A stretch of 63,871 nt of DNA, the filler included, from Squatina squatina (Eukaryota): NCBI GenBank assembly GCA_031763465.1. It is 4 parts of 4 records of this genome, joined end to end, with 100 filler letters (N's around TTAATTAATTAA, not from the genome) between each part and the next. Parts side by side here need not be neighbours in the genome. Positions count along the whole stretch, not along the records: positions 1 to 21,539 come from JARFOE010000016.1; 3 more parts are not named here. One strand, 5' to 3'. Below are positions 1-11,703 of the stretch, piece by piece. How positions within the stretch are numbered: position 1 is the first letter of the stretch; the number at the start of each line of letters is the position of its first letter. The notes beneath the pieces are model-generated. The model made no database searches and had not been told where the DNA came from. It worked only from the letters and a program-made list of their open reading frames with translations. The position numbers and the translations under genes are program-made.

Positions 1-2286
1 AGGTAACTGCTGGCTGAAAAAGCACTCTTGGAGATCCTCTCTGGGAGAGCTTTCGACGAACAGGAGAGGGAGAGGGAGAGGGAGAGCTCTGACAGCAGGC
101 TGTCAGAGACTTGCTCAGGCTGCAGCCCAGAATTTCGGGAGCCTCGAGTTGGTCAACGGGAAGTACCGCACACTCTCACCTGACCAGTTGTGAGTATTAG
201 AGATCCTGTGTTATTTTTCATTTGCATAAACTCTGTTTTTAATTTGGCAATCATCTGTAACAACTTAACAGTGTGTATAACTTTAACAACTGTGTATTAG
301 TATTAGAAATAATAAAAATCACTTGACCATAACATTATGCAGTCAAGTATACCTACCACATATGAATCTATAGAAACATCCCCTTGAGCCCCAGAAATAA
401 GGGGGTACCTACAATGGGGACATGGCAAAGCACAGATTCCAGTAGGGGCTACTCCTTTTGTAAAAGGCACTGAGGTTAACTGTAGCACACTGACCACTGT
501 ACCAAGAGAGATCAGCTGGACTGGGAATCAAATCAGGGACCTTCCTGAACTGTACAAACTTACTGAAGCAGAGTTGGGAGGGGGGGAAGCAAATGGATGA
601 CCTCAAGTCTGGTTTAAATATAGTTTGTAGGTTCCACAAAGGCTGCATTATCATTCGCCGCCACCTTCTCAAGGGGAACTCGGGATGTGCAATAAATGCT
701 GCCCTTGCTGAATTTTTAAAAATTGCAGCTAAGTCATGAGTGGACTGTACAAATCCCTCCATGTTGCACATCATTAAAAGCATCACATTCCTTTGTGATT
801 TAACGCAGTGCTATTCTCCACTTCACCCTAAGTAACCCAAATCTTACTTCTACTTACACTGTCACCTATGGACCGCAACTTGTAGAACGGCTGGATGTAA
901 AACCAGGAGCCTTCATTGCCAGCAGCATCCAGTGTAACCCTCATGGCATTNNNNNNNNNNNNNNNNNNNNNNNNNNNNNNNNNNNNNNNNNNNNNNNNNN
1001 NNNNNNNNNNNNNNNNNNNNNNNNNNNNNNNNNNNNNNNNNNNNNNNNNNAATCCCTTATCCCTTCACACTTCCAAAGAGCAGAAAAGACAGTGTTAGTG
1101 CAGAAGAACTGTTGGCAGCAGAATGGTCAGCCACAATCATGAAATTTAAAAAATAAAATAACCACTTGTTTAAAAGTAAATTACCAAATTCAAGTTTCAC
1201 CAGTAATTCAGCTACAACACCACTGAACAGAAACAGGATGCCCTCAATTAGGATACTGGTTTCAGAAAGAGTCACTTTGATGAAACTAACGTACCAAACA
1301 TATATATATTTTTTTAAGCTCATTAGCCAGGCAACTAAGTAATTGAACACCAAATGAGAGCAAGCTATTTTTTCAGCCCACTGCAATGACTGTTGCAAGT
1401 TCCAATTAATTATAGCAAGGAGTTGGGCCAATGGTCAAATACTTCTTTACAAGTAGCAAAAGCCTGTTGAGCTCCAAAAAACTGAGCAAGGGCCGTCCAC
1501 AGTGCTTAATTGGATGTAGAATAATGATCCTGTGGAATTTTACAAGGCTATAATTAAAGAAAATCTCTCATGGCAATTGTTCAAGCAGTTAATGAACACC
1601 AACAGACTGAATTGCAGGATTTAACGCTCTCCACAGCATCTGTCATTTAATGCAATATATATTCAACTGCAAAATGAAGACAACAACAGTCCAAATAATA
1701 CTGCTGAGATAGACCACTAGGATAGAACAATGACCGTTAGAAGTGGGACCACAAGGACACTCACAGAAATGTACCGTAGAATGGAATAGCTAAATAAGTG
1801 GCACAAAAGCTTGATACATTAAAGCAGTTTAAAANNNNNNNNNNNNNNNNNNNNNNNNNNNNNNNNNNNNNNNNNNNNNNNNNNNNNNNNNNNNNNNNNN
1901 NNNNNNNNNNNNNNNNNNNNNNNNNNNNNNNNNNCATTCAAACCAACACAACCATTTTGAAACATAACTCTTTTCATAATTCCAGGATGTTGGGTTATTA
2001 AATTCAAGACCATTGAAGTCAGTGGCAATCAAGGCCATCACTGTATGTGGATGCATTTATAGAATATTGGACATTTCACCTTATAGGCTATTTCACTGGA
2101 CATCCCACGGGTTTATTGGCTTGGGGACTCATTACTCACCTCTAAATTTCTTAGGTGGGTTGTTCAAGTCTCCAGCATCTGGTTGCACCACACATCGGTC
2201 ATCCACCAAGCTGTCAAAGAAATACAGAAAGGCGACAGTTAAACAAATCGCAAGACACTATTACTAATTTCTTTTCCTCTCTACAG

Positions 2287-2438
2287 TACTTGACATTCTT
2301 CCCAACTCTACTGAGGTTGTAGAGTGCACGAAGAATGAGAGACTGACTCGCATTGATCATGCTTTACCGGGACCCACCACTCCTGGTCACAATGGCGTTA
2401 TTCAACGTGACATGTTCACAAACCCGGACATTCCATGA
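2287..2438 (+). CDS. Candidate terminal coding exon, protein unidentified
   Basis: Branch-like CTAAT, then ttcttttcctctctacag| acceptor. Open frame xLDILPNSTEVVECTKNERLTRIDHALPGPTTPGHNGVIQRDMFTNPDIP*, with six CpGs in about 150 nt. Confidence 0.33.
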
Positions 2439-2698
2439 TGGATGGGCAGTGATTGTCTCTTTTTTTTATATCACCTACATCAATCCGTTATGTTATGTGT
2501 TATGGTCTTTTTGTGCCATAGTGCTGGGGGAGATGCAGTCTCGGATGTTTTCTACTGTGTGATAATGGGAAATGAGTTCAATGGTTCGTGATACTGANNN
2601 NNNNNNNNNNNNNNNNNNNNNNNNNNNNNNNNNNNNNNNNNNNNNNNNNNNNNNNNNNNNNNNNNNNNNNNNNNNNNNNNNNNNNNNNNNNNNNNNNC

Positions 2699-2912
2699 CG
2701 CTCCCCACAAGCAGTGTCCGGGCCAGTAATTATCCCTCAACCCATATCACTTTATTTTATAAAAACAGAATATTCAGTCATTATCATATTGCTGATTGTG
2801 GGACCTTGCTGTGTATTTCCTCGTGACAGCCATTCAAAAGTACTTCATTGGCTACAAAATGCTCTGTGACGTCATGTGGTCGTGACAGGTGCTATATAAA
2901 TGCAAGTCTTTT
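2699..2912 (+). mobile_element. SacSINE1-like DeuSINE 3' half
   Basis: Tail GTGACAGGTGCTATATAAATGCAAGTCTT. Further partial copies lie at about 7141-7256 (+), 16702-16797 (-), 24036-24170 (-), 48380-48450 (-) and 56410-56555 (-). Confidence 0.78.
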
Positions 2913-5193
2913 TAACATGGGACAAGAAGCTCTGGGACCTCTCTGTGCAATCTATATTAATGAGTCTTCTGTATTCAGCTGCTGGGGGAAAGTTAATGCA
3001 TTGAACTGAGAAACCGCTGAGTATGAAATAAAGCTTTTACTTAATTTGTTTGGCTGTCAGATAATGCTCACATTTACACTAGCAATAGTTAAAGTTGTTC
3101 ATGCATAACTTGTCCCAGCTGGAAGGACTTTAAACAAAAGACTGTTACCATGGAGACAATGTTGAGTCTTGCTTTACTCTGGTACACAAAGCTGCAGCTT
3201 CACGATGGGTTTGNNNNNNNNNNNNNNNNNNNNNNNNNNNNNNNNNNNNNNNNNNNNNNNNNNNNNNNNNNNNNNNNNNNNNNNNNNNNNNNNNNNNNNN
3301 NNNNNNNNNNNNNCTGCACGCAGGAAGCCTCCGATCGCAATTTCAGGCCCATTGTTTGAAACCACAGCAAGGGAATTGTCAAAAGTCCAAAAGTTGCAGG
3401 GGCCGCAAGAGGGTTGGAAATATATTTAAATCCTGTTAAATGCATAAAGAGTTTGCCAAGGAATTGTTCTGTAAACCGTGGATAAAAATAGCCACCTGGC
3501 AAATTTATGTGGGGCGGCTTATTTAATCATTGATTCAGCAACTCATTCTAAACAAAACACTCAACGTATATTTTACACAAACACGATCTGACTGCTGAAG
3601 GAGTTTGCTGTCTGTCGGAAAAACTCGCCAGTGAATCAGTTGTGCTTGCTGTTCTGAGTGCTCTAAATCGGTGTTTAAACATCACGCTTGGATCGGGACT
3701 TCTTTGCAATAGCAAATAACTAAANNNNNNNNNNTTGATGTCCACTCGTTGTCAGCCAATGGCTTCTTATTTTTCTTCTGACTCCACCCAGTCTATGAAT
3801 AAGTAGGCAGCTTCACATTAGCTTCAGAACCCTGAGGGACATGAACAGTTCACGGAGACATTGTAAGCATTTGAAAACTGCACGTTTTGGTCCCGGCCAT
3901 GTTTATAGTAAGCTATGAAAATCTGCAAACACTCGAGTGAACGAGAGGCAGTTGTACAATTGAAACCTTCACCTGCACGTTGTGCATGGCTGAATTATTG
4001 TAAACTGAGTTGGGATCCACAGATTTCCGTTGCTGTTTGGAATGGAACATCTGGACTATCGCACAATTGATTGTTTCCTTGTTTATCTTAATTCTTAACT
4101 CTTTCTCTATCAATTTTCTGCTGGTTAACTACTGGAAAATGAGAGCTGAAGTCAAGTCCCATTTCCCAATGCAGTTGATCCATCTTATCTGGGACAATAC
4201 CCTTGTGCGTTATTTGTATCAGTACAAAAACCTGCAGCAGCATATTTGCACTTGGCTGCAGTTGGATTAGGTATTTTTATATTTCTGTCCGTCCATCTTC
4301 CCATCTGTGGGCAGTAACAATTGTTGGATAATCCGTCAGCAGCTTTTTGCCGAAAGACTTTGGTCTAGAAATTGGAGTAGGCCGGAAACCTGTCAGTAAC
4401 AGCGTCGGCCAAGGCTAACGGCCACCTGCAGAAAGAGCGCAGGCAGCACTGTATCTTGGTGCCGCCTGCTGATTTACATCAGCAGAGCAGAGAATCTGGT
4501 GCAACGCACTCTTTCCGACACTAAACTCAGCAGGAAGCCGAAGGTTGCATCTGTTGCCACTTGGATTTAAGGAGAACGACTAACAAATGAGTCAACCTGT
4601 AACCCATCCACGGAACAGTTGCTGTATTTATTACAGCACTTTACCGGCCCTCCGCTCATCAATCCGTCAATGTTACAGCATAGCATTCAACTCTTGTGGA
4701 GAAAGCTCTTGTCATTCAAAGCACATCAAAGTGACACAAGCAAAGCTACGGAACCTACCTATTGAAATGTGTTATCTTTTAAATTGGCTCTGGCTCCAGC
4801 TCACAACATTTCTGGAACAAAAAAGGGTTTGGCAACTTGTTTATTCATTTGTGGGCAGTCTGTCGACTGCGTTGGGAAAGTCTATGGTTTGACCATAGGT
4901 TGCGTTTTATGGGATCCTACTTTCATTTATAGGAGGAGAAAGGGGTAGGATGCGAGTGGAAAACAGTGCATAAGTCTGTACCTCTCATTGCGCTGAAGAA
5001 GGCATGCAGCATTCAGTGTCATTTAAAGAGAAAACATTACCTGTGGACACCATAGCTAAAAGNNNNNNNNNNNNNNNNNNNNNNNNNNNNNNNNNNNNNN
5101 NNNNNNNNNNNNNNNNNNNNNNNNNNNNNNNNNNNNNNNNNNNNNNNNNNNNNNNNNNNNNNGATCATATTCCAGGAGCACTTCCACTAGGAA

Positions 5194-5408
5194 TAGGGTG
5201 ACCAGACATCCCGGCCTTGCCGGAACAGTCCTGTTTTTTGACGAAACATCCCGGTGTCCCAACAGTTGTTTCAAAATCTTTCAAATGTCCCAGTTTTTGT
5301 GCTCACTCGACTGCGCATGCACAGTCCCCACGGAGAACTGACTGCGCATGCAGAGACTGAAAGGTAAGTTTTGTCGCGGTTTTCAGTTTTAAATATCTGG
5401 TCACCCTA
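5194..5408 (+). mobile_element. Non-autonomous hAT (Blackjack/MER81-like) MITE, 215 bp
   Basis: Terminal inverted repeats TAGGGTGACCAGA...TCTGGTCACCCTA and a perfect 8-bp target-site duplication ACTAGGAA (5186-5193 and 5409-5416). Inserted in a CR1 fragment. Confidence 0.9.
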
Positions 5409-5908
5409 ACTAGGAAGGAGGTCAAGACCTTGGAGAGGATGCAGAGGAGATGCCAGGGTGACAGACTTCAGTTACATGGAGAGACCAGAGTAGTTGGGTT
5501 TGTTCTCCTTGGAGCAGGGAAGGCTAAGCGAAAATTTAATAGTGGCGCGATGAAGAGAATTTTTTTCTGCGCAGCGAGTTGTTATGATCTGGAATGCACT
5601 GCCTGAAAAGATGGTGGAAGCAGATTCAAAAACTTTCAAAACGGAATNNNNNNNNNNATTTATACACACAAAGAAAAAATTTGCAGGGCTTTGGAGAAAA
5701 AGCAAAAGAGTAATACTAATTGGATAGCACTTTCAAATAGCCAACACAGGCAAGATGCGTTAAAATGTAAGGATAAAAGTATTACATTTTTCATCCTTCC
5801 TCTGTAAACCCAGTTTGTTGAATAAAAATACATAATTTATCAACTCTATTGTTGAGATTTCTAAGATCATCAGAGAGCTGCAGCTAGAGCTGGAGCGGAA
5901 AAGGCCAT

Positions 5909-5958
5909 TGTGTGTGTGTGTGTGTGTGTGTGTGTCGCGCACATTTGTGTGTATGTGT

Positions 5959-5989
<31 letters not shown>
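5909..5989. repeat. (TG)n microsatellite, interrupted
   Basis: Two TG runs seen directly. Confidence 0.95.
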
Positions 5990-6111
5990 CAGGACTCCTG
6001 AGAATATTTTCATTTCCATCTTGCCTGCCAACAAGACATATAGTACAGACTGTACTCCAGTGAAAAAAAGCCGATTGATGCATGTTCAACCTTAACAACC
6101 AAAGCTTAAAT

Positions 6112-6650
6112 GAAAGACGAGGTGCTGTTCCGCAAGCTTCGTTGGAAGAGTGGAGGAGGCCAAGGCCAGAGAGACCAGAGTGGGAGTGAAGCGGAGAATT
6201 AAAGTGACAGGCGACCGGAAGCTCAGAGTCACCCTTACGGACTGAATGGAGGTGTTCCGCAAAGCAGTCACCCAATATTCTTTTAGGCACTTTACAGCCT
6301 TCTGCACTCAACATTGAGTTCAACAGTTTCAGAGCATGACTTCTGCCCCTATTTTTTCAGGCAGCTGCTGTTTATGATTCTGCCATCCCCATTTGCAACA
6401 TTCAATCTCTCCTGCCTTCCATCCTATCACAGACCATCCCTTTTGTTCTTTCCTCTCCTCTCCCCCTTTTCCCTGCCTCTGCACCTGCTTAAAATCTGTT
6501 ACATCTCTTAACTTTTCCAGTTCTGACGATGGGTCATCGACCTGAAACGTGAACTGTTTCTTTCTCTAAGGACGCTGCCTGGCCTGCTGAGTGTTTGCAG
6601 CATTTTCTGGTTTTGTTTCGGATTCCAGCATCCGCAGTATTTTGCTGTTA
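6112..6650. mobile_element. Penelope-like element 3' region (GIY-YIG endonuclease remnant and terminal repeat) with internal inversion
   Basis: Minus strand 6112-6277 encodes LGDCFAEHLHSVRKGDSELPVACHFNSPLHSHS. Plus strand from about 6282 encodes LGTLQPSALNIEFNSFRA*, followed by the 3' UTR and terminal repeat. Confidence 0.8.
6518..6556 (+). ncRNA. Minimal hammerhead-ribozyme-like motif (this copy probably inactive)
   Basis: CAGTT-CTGACGA-t-GGGTC atc GACCT-GAAA-CG-T-G-AACTG: stem I CAGTT/AACTG, both core boxes, stem II and palindromic ACGT stem III. The cleavage-site base is G rather than A, C or U. Confidence 0.6.
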
Positions 6651-7594
6651 TAAAACTGGAGATGTTGAGTTGATTGAACATCTTGAATTGGTGCAATAGT
6701 ATTTTTGACAAGTGAAACTTCCGTTTCCTCCAGGGGTGGGTGTCTGATCTCTTTTGTTGTGTTCTTTTGTGTTCAAATCTTGAGCAAATTTTATACGCAG
6801 ATCTTCTCCGCAGCCCACGATTGACAGAGCACTAATACCAATGGAAAGTTTCTGATTCTCTGTAATTAATGTCACTGTGAGATGGAAATTCCGGTGATGG
6901 CTGCAATTACAGTTGTTCCCTTTTCCGTGCTGTGAGGAGAGCTATCTTATTCCAGTTTGTCTTGTGTTGTTCCAGTAGACGTGACTTTGACTGCATCTAA
7001 TGGTCTTTCTCAAATGAGTTCTTTCAGCGCTGCATATAGCAGCCCAATGTTCTGTACCCTAGCTGCTAAGCACATTGACATTAAACATGTTTTTATCTGG
7101 TTAAGTGAAGGTTAGTGCCAGTGCACTAAATGGTTTTAAATTTCCTGCATTACAACAGTGACTACAGTTCAAAAAATACTTCATTACCTGTAAAGCGCTT
7201 TGAGACATCCGGTGGAAGTGAAAGTAGCTATATCAACGCAAGTCTTTCTTTCTTTCCTTAACATTAATTTGGGGAGGCACCTGCTTATGGTGGCATTGGG
7301 TTTATGCCATCCCACCAATTGAAGTAAGGGAACACCTAGAAGTGCTTACTTCATAACCTATTGTGTTACTGAGGGATAAATTTTGGGTTTTCGGATTTTA
7401 TGACACAGGATATTATTGACTTGTGTATATGCAGTAAAGTGCTTGCCTTAATGTGAGCCATCCAGTGAAACAAATCAAGCAAAGGTCCTGACAATTACCC
7501 TACGAACTGCAATTAAAAGCCATTTAAATGGTGATGGGAGAAGCGAGGGCAGACAGTCACTGAGCAATTTTGCTGAGGAACAGAATGCAGCAGT

Positions 7595-7786
7595 GTAAGG
7601 ATAGCCAGGTTTACAAACAGACACTAGATGCCTTACTGGAAGAAATCAAGAAGAGAACAGACACACTGTCTGTTCAGCAGGCATGGGAGGAGGTGGCAGA
7701 AAGAGTGAATTCAGTGTCCAGGATCTGCAGAAGCCAGCAAAAGCAGGAAAGAGATGTCAGATCTCAAGAAATCTGTAAGGGTAAGT
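7595..7786 (+). mobile_element. Degenerate Myb/SANT-like DNA-binding domain of Harbinger type
   Basis: LDALLEEIKKRTDTL...QQAWEEVAERVNSVSRICRS followed by donor AGG|GTAAGT; matches the MSANTD/NAIF1-like motif AWEEIA..VN....R. Confidence 0.62.
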
Positions 7787-9088
7787 CAATAATAATGCTC
7801 TACATAGCCCAAGTTCCTAGCCAAGTACATAAGCAAACAAGACCTCTCTGCTAACAGTTTACCCTTCTATTTCTGGAAGATGCTAAGTGTAGTGTTAGGT
7901 GTAGAGCTGTCATAATAGAACCAGGGCAAGGAATGTTTTATTTGAACGGATGTATGCGTGGAACTGCATGCACAGCAACAATCCTTAAAGGGGCTTTACA
8001 CAATAAATCCTTTCAATACAACTTAGTTGCATGGTGCAAATGCATTTACCCATACATAAGATGGACTGCACGTTTGCATGTAACTGTATGTACTCTTTAA
8101 ACCAGCAACATCTCAACACAATTTTTCTGCTTGCAGGGCAATATAACTCATAACAGAAAGGAATAGGTTTGACTCATAAATTTCAATCCCATGGCTATAC
8201 TTAAAGAGATCAGTCTGAACCTGATTCCCTTTGAGAGCACAGCCAGAGTGAGGGAAGAGTGAAGCTGGAGACCTTGTGTTTTCTTTGCACACATGTGTGT
8301 AACCATCTCACTCACTATATTGCAATACAAGTAAAGTTTGAAGGTGTAATTTGTAGTCCGCATTGTGAAACAGACTCACAGAAAAGTACAAGACTAGAAA
8401 AGTCCATCTGGCCACTGTAAAAGCATTAACCCTCAATCGCCCACTCATTGAAATATCTATCTAATTCTCCCTTAAATGCTTTCACATGTTCAGCATTGTT
8501 TGTGGTTATGGCAAAAGGATGCATTTGCACATAGGCAGATGAGCTTGGTTTACACTTCTGAATGGCTTTGCGGATATGAAAAAGTATATCTTGTTTTAAA
8601 CTAGATCTTTCCTTATATTGTTTTTTTGTATTGATTCTCGAGATGTGTGCGACTCTGGCAAGGCTGCATTTAAACCCATTCCTAGTTGCCTTGAGAAGGT
8701 GGTTGTGGGGTTTTTCTTGAACTGCTGCAATATTGTATTAAGAACTATTGGGGAATATTCAAGGAACATTCGAAAACAGTTTTGAAGTACCCCGGTATGA
8801 TTAAAAATAGTTGAAAGCAGTAAGACGAGAAGTTTTCGCTCATAAGGATTTTGAAAGGGCCTTTAAGTCAGGGTTAAGTACTTGGAATAGCAAGGCAGAT
8901 TTCTGGGATCCCATGTTACCAGCAGAGAGACATGCTGTCTAGGAATGAAGGTTGGTGATAAGGCAGGACCGTTGTGGCGGGGGGGGGGNNNNNNNNNNNN
9001 NNNNNNNNNNNNNNNNNNNNNNNNNNNNNNNNNNNNNNNNNNNNNNNNNNNNNNNNNNNNNNNNNNNNNNNNNNNNNNNNNNNNNNNN

Positions 9089-9170
9089 ATCGTGTTGAAT
9101 GGCGGTGCAGGCTCGAAGGGCCGAATGGCCTACTCCTGCACCTATTTTCTATGTTTCTATGTTTCGATGT
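9089..9170 (+). mobile_element. Young CR1 3' terminus with (TTTCTATG)n tail
   Basis: Nearly identical to 25799-25875 (+) and 59568-59690 (-); all three abut gaps. Confidence 0.88.
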
Positions 9171-9799
9171 AATGTGCTGTGTGCGGTCTGTGCTGAGTTA
9201 GGTGACAGTCATGAAGTTGCAGGACATACCCCCAGGGACTAATCATTTCAATTTTGCACAGTGTTAAATACAGCTCCTGATTGGCAGCATCCAATTTTCC
9301 TCATTATTATCACACACATAGTTTCACCTGCCCTGCGTTTGCCAGCGGTAGTTTCCTTTGGAAACAATACAGCTTGTAATTCCATTGTAGCAAGTATGCA
9401 ACGGAACATACTGTCTGACCGTGTTTAAGTTGCTTCAGGGACCTCAGAAAGACTAATTAGTGCCTGTAGCACTAACTAACGCTGCACTCAGCAAAATGAA
9501 GTTTTAAACATAGCCAAAATAAATTGTAACACAACTTACACTGGCAGTGCTTGATTTGGATTAAAGCAAGGGACACTGAATACCATGGGGGTTCAAGAAA
9601 AAGCAACAAACATAACAACAGTGAAACTCTACAGTGAGCCATCTCGTTCCATCTCCAAGCTCACAGCCATTAGTTTGTATTCTATGGAGCTTGTCATGTG
9701 CCTCCAAACGTACAGGAAACAACTGCAAAGAAAAAGCTTTGAAAAAACAGTGCGACAGCGGCAGTGAGCTGAGTGCTAACTAGGTTTCCTCTTTTCCTA

Positions 9800-9931
9800 C
9801 GGCTCCCACTGCTGTTACGAATCCCCCTGCCTTTCCGGATCCCACTGATGTTCCAGGTCCTGTTGCGGATCCCACTGCCATTCAGGATCCTCCTGCCGTT
9901 CTGGATCCCACTGCCGTTCCGGATCCCACTG
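9800..9931. repeat. 18-bp tandem repeat running into a 929-N gap
   Basis: Unit GGATCCCACTGCCGTTCC, about 7 diverged copies that become more regular towards the gap at 9932-10860. Confidence 0.85.
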
Positions 9932-11617
9932 NNNNNNNNNNNNNNNNNNNNNNNNNNNNNNNNNNNNNNNNNNNNNNNNNNNNNNNNNNNNNNNNNNNNN
10001 NNNNNNNNNNNNNNNNNNNNNNNNNNNNNNNNNNNNNNNNNNNNNNNNNNNNNNNNNNNNNNNNNNNNNNNNNNNNNNNNNNNNNNNNNNNNNNNNNNNN
10101 NNNNNNNNNNNNNNNNNNNNNNNNNNNNNNNNNNNNNNNNNNNNNNNNNNNNNNNNNNNNNNNNNNNNNNNNNNNNNNNNNNNNNNNNNNNNNNNNNNNN
10201 NNNNNNNNNNNNNNNNNNNNNNNNNNNNNNNNNNNNNNNNNNNNNNNNNNNNNNNNNNNNNNNNNNNNNNNNNNNNNNNNNNNNNNNNNNNNNNNNNNNN
10301 NNNNNNNNNNNNNNNNNNNNNNNNNNNNNNNNNNNNNNNNNNNNNNNNNNNNNNNNNNNNNNNNNNNNNNNNNNNNNNNNNNNNNNNNNNNNNNNNNNNN
10401 NNNNNNNNNNNNNNNNNNNNNNNNNNNNNNNNNNNNNNNNNNNNNNNNNNNNNNNNNNNNNNNNNNNNNNNNNNNNNNNNNNNNNNNNNNNNNNNNNNNN
10501 NNNNNNNNNNNNNNNNNNNNNNNNNNNNNNNNNNNNNNNNNNNNNNNNNNNNNNNNNNNNNNNNNNNNNNNNNNNNNNNNNNNNNNNNNNNNNNNNNNNN
10601 NNNNNNNNNNNNNNNNNNNNNNNNNNNNNNNNNNNNNNNNNNNNNNNNNNNNNNNNNNNNNNNNNNNNNNNNNNNNNNNNNNNNNNNNNNNNNNNNNNNN
10701 NNNNNNNNNNNNNNNNNNNNNNNNNNNNNNNNNNNNNNNNNNNNNNNNNNNNNNNNNNNNNNNNNNNNNNNNNNNNNNNNNNNNNNNNNNNNNNNNNNNN
10801 NNNNNNNNNNNNNNNNNNNNNNNNNNNNNNNNNNNNNNNNNNNNNNNNNNNNNNNNNNNNTCACTGCTTTACAAATGCTCTGCTATCAAATCTTTAATAA
10901 TCGACTCCAGCATCTTCCCCACGACTGATGTCAGGCTAACTGGTCGATAATTCCCTGTTTTCTCTCTACCTCCTTTTTTAAAAACAAAGGCCAGTCCCAA
11001 ATCTGATGCAAGAAATAAGAAAATTCTAAAAATGCACAGCATGTCAGTCAGCGCCTAGATATGAAAGATAAGTTAATGTTTCAGTTGTGACCCTTCATCG
11101 GAAATGACCTGGCTTAGCTGGTGAAACTCCTTTATCGGACTAGCCAAAACTGAGAGAGAAGGAGAGGACATAGGATGCAGCTTAAGAATAGAGAGTGGCC
11201 AACTACAGGTAATAGTTTGCAAACAGTTTCTAATTGCAGGAAAGATGTGCAGTCAGACAAAGGAAAGAGAAAAGGTGGTAGAGAAAACAGTGAAACATGA
11301 TTGAGAGAATCCTAGGTCAGTTCATGCAGCTGTTTCGCTAGGAAATACAACCTTGTATGTTCATCCTAGATTTAGAACATATACTGGACAGCTATGGTAC
11401 AGAATATCAATTGCAGGCTGGTTTGTAGTACTGTAAAGAACGTTAGACTGTAAATCATGACATCATTCCTAACCAGTGAGAAATAGCGTCAGCTGACACG
11501 TGCGTTACACATTCAACCCCTGATCATCCGCGAAGCAAGCAATCTGATGGTGGGATAGGGTAATAAATGGGTCTGGAGCCCACCTGAAAATTTCCAATCT
11601 ACCCAAGACCTGATGAC

Positions 11618-11703
11618 ACACTCACTGACTCAACTCATCTCACTCGCTCACTCACTCAACTCACTCATTCTACTCGCTTGCCCATTTGCTCACTCTCACA
11701 CAC
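11618..11703. repeat. Degenerate (CTCA)n simple repeat
   Basis: cactcactgactcaactcatctcactcgctcactcactcaactcactc... Confidence 0.75.

Noticed and set aside
1-412. Possible exon or solo LTR (GTGAGT donor near 190, AATAAA near 311, ending in ACA)
   Set aside because: The 5' end lies outside the window, with no paired LTR, target duplication or recognisable peptide.
5760-6323. 187-aa ORF with HTHTHT repeats
   Set aside because: Chance join of a Penelope remnant and a (CA)n microsatellite.
9773-10897. 374-aa and 349-aa ORFs, and the many other X-containing ORFs
   Set aside because: Their length comes from N runs, which contain no stop codons.
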